A stretch of DNA of 34,655 bases from Folioceros fuciformis (Eukaryota), in assembly GCA_049999805.1 (NCBI GenBank), contig JBNGIO010005131.1:1-34655 (forward strand), in the 5' to 3' direction. Below, one piece after another: positions 29,247 to 34,655 of the stretch (position 1 is the stretch's first letter; every line of letters starts with the position of its first letter). The notes beneath the pieces are model-generated. The model worked only from the letters and a program-made list of their open reading frames with translations, made no database searches and was not told the DNA's origin. Both the position numbers and the translations under genes were made by a program.

Positions 29247-32200
29247 CCCCATTAAGCTCAAACATCGAGATAAGGGAATTATTAATAATCTAAAAGTCCT
29301 AATGCAAAAGTGAATTGAGTGTGCTTAATCCTCACAAGTGGCTTGGTGAAGATATCCGCTACTTGTTCTTCTATAGGCACATATGTTAAATGCACCTCAC
29401 CACTCTCAACCTTGGATCGTAGAAAGTGGTATATGAGCTCAATTCGTTTGGAACACTGGTGAAACCTAAGATCCTTGGAGAGAGCAATTGTAGCTTGATT
29501 GTCACAACATAGCTCAATGGGTCCTTGATGGGTAACCAAGGCCTATCAGCAGTTGGACCAACCACAGGCCTTCCTTGGCAGCAGAGGCTACTGTGATATA
29601 TTCCGATTCTGCAGAGGTGAGAGCTATGGAAGTTTGTTTCTTCATTTTCCAACTGATAGCTCCACTAGCAAGTAAGAAGACATAACCACTTGTTGACTTA
29701 TGAGAATCGGGATGACCAGCCCAATCTGCATCAGTCCAACCAATCATTTTGTATTAAGCTTTTGGAACACCCTTGGTATTTAATTCCCTTCTTCTTGGTG
29801 CCTTGCAGGTATCGAAGGATGCGTTTTACGGCAATCCAGTGAGGTAGACCATCATTAGAAAGAAATTGAGAGGTCAACGAGGTTGGTAGAGCTATGTCTG
29901 GCCGAGTGTTTTGCACGAGATGTTGGAACTACCAACAACTCCTACATACGGGACTTCCGTAGGAGTTTAAGGACACATCATCTTACTTAGTCGAGGACCT
30001 GTCTGCATCGGAGTATCAGCAGGTTTACAGTTTAACATGTTGAATTTGCTAAGCACATCCAAGACATAGCGCTCCTGATGAAGTATAATGCTCTCTTGAG
30101 GTGGATTGTATTTCACTTGAACACCCAAGCAAAACTGCATTATTCCATTGTCTCTCATGGAGAATTGCTACATGAGCTCAACTTTGGATTCTGCTAAGTA
30201 CTTCTCATCATTGGATATCATAATGACATCGTCTACATAGATGCCCATCATCAGCATTCGAGAACCTATGTTTCTAACAAATACACTGGCGTCCACATTA
30301 CTCTTGGTGTATTCTAACCTTCTGAGAGATCTGTAACACTCTTCGTACCACTTCTTACCAGATTGTTTGAGGCTTTGTGAAGCTTACAAACCAAGTGTTC
30401 TTTGTCCGGTGGTATGTATCCATCTGATTGCTTAACGTAGATCTCTTCTCGGAGTATGCCATTTAAGAATGCAGTTTGCACGTCTAATTGATGAACATGA
30501 AGGTTATGCAAAGCTGCCAAGGCTAGCATAAGACGAAGTGATGTTAGTTTCACAATTGGGGTGTATACCCTATCTTCATAATAATTGATTCCATCTCGTT
30601 GAGTGAAACCCCGGGCAACAAATTGAGCCTTCAATCTGGAGACCTGGCCATCGATGTTGTATTTTTTGCGTAGTACCCATTTGTTGCCCACGGCATGGCG
30701 TCCCAACGGTAAAGGTACAAGGCTCCAACTGTTGTTATCGATCAGGGATTGATATTCGTTGTCCATGGCCTTTCTCCAAGTTGCTGCTTCAGGTCCAGCT
30801 AGGGCTTCGTTAGTTGGAACTATGTCAAGTTGGTCAACTGTGTGAGCTACTAGACCGCGTGTTGTGGGAAATTCCAAGTCATGGAATTTGGTGCCGGGAA
30901 TGCCCTTAGTGGTTCTTGAGGAAGTGCGAACAAGAGGGGTAGGATTTGTTGTATTTCGCTCAAGAGAGGCATCCACCTGGTTCATTCATGTTACAATTTG
31001 GTGTGAGGGGAATTGCATATCATAGTTGGTTTTATTGTCAGTCTCGCTACTCTCCCCATGTGATCTGCAATGGAGGGAGTGCCCTAGAAGGCCGGGGAGT
31101 TGAAGTCATAACCAAACCCAATGGGTAGCCTAATGGAGAACCAATCGGGAAAGTGTCAAATGTGGTCGTCCAATCCAGGCCAGGGGCATCATTTGTAACA
31201 GGGGCATGGGCATCCGGAGGTGGAAGCGGAGATGTTAGGTGGGCCAAGGTTGCAGTTTAAGGAGGATCTGGGGCTGGAGGTGGCGGGTTAGGAGCAGGTT
31301 CGGGGTGGGGAGAAAATCCATGGCAAAGATTCGCTCTAAATCTGGGACACCCCCTGAAGAGAAGAGGAGGGTGGCTTCATAAAAGATGACATTTCTATGT
31401 AAGGCAACCCTACGGGTGGCACGGAGTTTGTAATCCTTCATTCCACCATTTTCGCCATAGCCAATAAACGTGAGTTTCACAAATTGGTGGTCTAATTTGC
31501 GACGCCCTTCTACTGGAATGTGTTTGTAAGCCAGACAACCAAAAATTTGAAGGTGGTTGACCTGTGACTTCCGACCTTTCCATATTTCATAAGGTGTTTT
31601 GTCTAGTAGGGTGGACGTAGCAGATAGCCGTAACTACGTCTGGCCATAAAACATTCGGTAAGGTACCTACGGCAAGAGAGCTTCTAGTGGCTTTCATACG
31701 AGAGCGATTTTGTCTTTCCACCTTGCCTAATTGGGCATGGGCATATGACACAATCTTCTGATGTACTATACCATTGGCTGATAGATAGGCTTTGAACTTA
31801 GGAGACGTAAGCTCGCCTGCATTGTCAGTTCTAAAAACTTTGATGTGCTTCCTAATCTGATTTTCCACTAACGCTTTATAGGTCTAGAAGGAGGCAAAGG
31901 CTTCCAACTTGTGCTGTAGAAAGTGGAGAAGTGACTAAAGTCACTGGAGTCCTCTTGGATGACTGAAGTTGTCCAAGAGGACGAATATGTATAGCTTGCC
32001 TGTGAGGAATGCTATTTGCATAGGGCCACAGAGGTCAGCATGGACGAGTTCAAGAATACTAATGGTAGTGCTTATTGATCTCGGGTAAGGTTGAGTATGT
32101 TGTTTGTCTAGTAAGCAACCTTCACACAAGGGAAGATCACTTGAGAATTTGTTAGGGAGCTCTTCAACCATGTTTTTGGCTTGCATTCTTTTGATTCCTT

Positions 32201-33870
32201 GAAAGTGTAAGTGGGCGAGTCTAAGGTGCCAAAGACTGGCAGATAGGTTATGGTTGAGATTGGCAGTTATCCTTACACTTGTTTTGGGCAGGTGTAGAAA
32301 CCCCAATGCCCATTGGGAACAATCCTCTTGTACGAGGACAATGTAAACGTCTTTCTTGGCCATCAAAGGTGGTTGTATGGATTAGACATCCATATTGGTT
32401 GAAGGTAATTTTGGAATTAGGGTTGCTGACGATTTGATTTACGGAGAGTAGGTTTTTAGATAACCCTGGAACGTGTAGGACGTTCATAACATGAGCAGTA
32501 AAGTCTAGTACTTATATTCGAATAGTACCCTTGTCCATAGCCATGTGGGGAGAATCATCGCCCATGAGAACCGGCAGGGTACTTCCAGAGTAGAGTATTC
32601 TAAAAACCAGTCCCTTTGTGGTGCCATGTGTTAAGTGGCCCTAGAGTCAAGAAGCCAATTATCGGGGAGTATGGAACTTGTTGCCAAGAAGGAGATGGCT
32701 GTAAAGAGGTAGGTGTTTTTGGAGCAGGTGGCTAAAGCAGATGTGCTGGGGGTACTCCCTTGGGAGTTATATACTCCAGCGGCTCTATCATGCTCCTTCT
32801 TTCTACATTCGGGGGCAATATACCCTTTTCAAGAGCAATAATGACAAGTTTTATCCTTGTGATTGGGGTTTGAAGGTGGTGGATAGTTGGGAGCAATGTT
32901 CCTAGGTCCAATTTTGAATCTAGGTCTTTGTCCACCAGCGAAGAGAACTAAAGGAGGAGAATGTGAATTTCCTTCTGCAATCAGAACATCCTCATTGCAA
33001 ATTTTGAGTAAGAGACTTGGTAAAGTCAAAGGTGCTGCTATGATAGCCTGATTAGCCTGTGTAGAAACAAATAACCTCCATGATTTTGGGAGGGCCATGA
33101 GTAGTTGCGTGACCTGTTGTTCTTCTTTTAGGTTGAGTCCAGTGGAGATGGCTTCATCCAATGTCCTTTCCCAGGTTTCTAGGAATTCAGAGACTGAAGC
33201 GCCTTCCTTGGTTTGATCGAGGCTAGTTTTTGAGCAAGTTTACCTTTTGAAGGGATGCTGCTAATTTAGTCCATAGCAATTTTGCAATCGGCTGTCGTTT
33301 GATAGTTGGCAAGATCCTGTCTCCAATGTGAAGGATGAGTTTCGCATGGGCAAAGGCATCCTTAATGATCCATGCAGGTTTGTTTGCATGCCCTATGGGT
33401 GGTGTAGATTCCGTGCCATCAACTATAGACCTTAGTGTTAGCCTTTTGAGGAAGGATTCTACCGTTATTGACCATGTGGCATAATTTAGGTGTGTAAGTT
33501 TTTTTATCTAATAGTTTCTTGCTTGTGAAAGGCTGGAGGATGCCATCGGAAAAGAAGAGGAAGCCTTTAAGATTGAGCATATGAATAATGTCTGTGATGA
33601 GGTCTAGGTAATTGATGTGCTTCCTTAGTTGTAGTATGAAATCGAAATCATGATTTATTATTGTAGTTCATTGTAATTTGTATAGGTTGGATTGTACACC
33701 TTTGCAATGTTGATAAGAGAAATGTGGGACTTGGAGTGTATCTACAAGTTGCTTCAGCATGTTTGAGTCCTGCATTCTTAGTTTATGGGTTTGTCTTGAG
33801 GGGTTAGGAAACCTCTCTAATCTATAGGATTGATATGATTGATTGTAGCCTCTCATTGGAGATAATCATG

Positions 33871-33882
33871 GCTCTAATACCG
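33871..33882 (-). promoter_or_regulatory. Primer binding site, tRNA-iMet type (mutated)
   Basis: The minus strand reads CGGTATTAGAGC adjacent to the LTR end, against canonical TGGTATCAGAGC. Confidence 0.85.
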
Positions 33883-34165
33883 TGTGACAAAGTGGGGAAA
33901 AGAAGTTGTGGGTACTGATTTTGGTTTTTGGTTGAATGTCGGTAAGATGTACAATCAAGAGGCTACTTGTAGCATCTTGAAGGGTCAAGTCTCTCGAGGA
34001 GACACGTTTACTCGAGAGATGTCTATTCACCTAACGAGACATCTATTCACCTAACGAGTCTACTCGAGACCTAACGAGTCTACTCGAGAGACGTCTATTC
34101 ACCTAACAAGTCGCGAATGTTCAAACCTCGATGGGTTGCATCTTACATGAATGCATCACTGCTCA
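33883..34165 (-). repeat. 5' LTR with internal tandem expansion; outer terminus missing
   Basis: It aligns to the 3' LTR at both ends but carries extra TCTATTCACCTAACGAG and TACTCGAGA units. Homology stops at gctca (34165), 4 nt short of the expected terminus. Confidence 0.88.
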
Positions 34166-34655
34166 TAATGAGCATGGGAACAACTCGCAACGAGAAAAGC
34201 CAAGAATGGAAGGCCTAGCCCCCTTGTCCGCCTAGCTTGTAACTCCCTATCACCGCCAAGATGTCGTATTCAGGTTATGGCCTACTTATAAATATAATAG
34301 AGTTAGGGTTAGGGTCGCATAATTATATAAATAGCCAGTGTTTATTAATTAAGTCCAAAAGATGGATAGCTATAGACGCGTCTAAGGGTCGTGTCCTAAA
34401 TATTAAACGCCACGCTCACAGGTCACCATGAACAGGTGCCCGCATGCCTTTTAAGGCCACACGGCCCTCAATCAAGCATTCTTTCTTTTTCTCTCTTCTT
34501 GCTTCCATCTCCTCCTCGTTCGATCCTGCAATCCGCTTCATGGTTGGCAAGTAATCGCACCTTACTTTGTCAAGATTGCACAAATAATATAAATTCCTAT
34601 CCCTCACCTGCAACACAGCTCCTGGTCGAGGTGTATGAATTAGTAGTAATCTTGC

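Larger units (their letters stand above)
29055..34165 (-). mobile_element. Degenerate Ty1/copia LTR retrotransposon
   Basis: Domains run in copia order on the minus strand: gag (ATG near 33546, zinc-knuckle remnant TCHYC), protease, GAG-pre-integrase (LWHLRLAH), integrase (VHADLCGP, RTDNAGE), RT (KWVLRKK, HQLDVQTAFLNG, YVDD) and RNase H (TDADWA, STSGYVF, QVADIFTK, ending 29282). Many stops and frameshifts are present. Confidence 0.97.

Noticed and set aside
34303-34314. TTAGGGTTAGGG as an interstitial telomere
   Set aside because: Only two units, consistent with telo-box-like or LTR sequence.

Overview
Compact, gene-dense nuclear DNA from a land plant, with short GT-AG introns. It is most likely a fern or other seed-free vascular plant, inferred from the elongated L motifs of its PLS-PPR gene. 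In order, the window holds: a candidate CLE-like peptide precursor (-), an uncharacterised plant protein (+), a 3-exon DJ-1/PfpI gene of the microbial isonitrile-hydratase type (+), RPL23/uL14 (-) head-to-head with MMS21/NSE2 (+), a PLS-E+ PPR gene (-), RCE1/UBC12 (-), a decayed chimera of P5CDH (ALDH12A1) and PPR fragments (+), an intronless F-box gene (-), mitochondrial ABC1/COQ8 (-), a DFR/CCR/TKPR-family reductase (+), a FAR-17a/AIG1-family membrane protein (+), an intronless GC-rich microbial-type MetE-core gene with two frameshifts (-), and a degenerate Ty1/copia element (-) with unequal LTRs. The best leads are the two microbial-looking genes (candidate horizontal transfers at different stages) and the divergent CLE-like peptide. 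Exon models were built by hand and all sum to whole codons. Family calls come from motif recall, not database searches.
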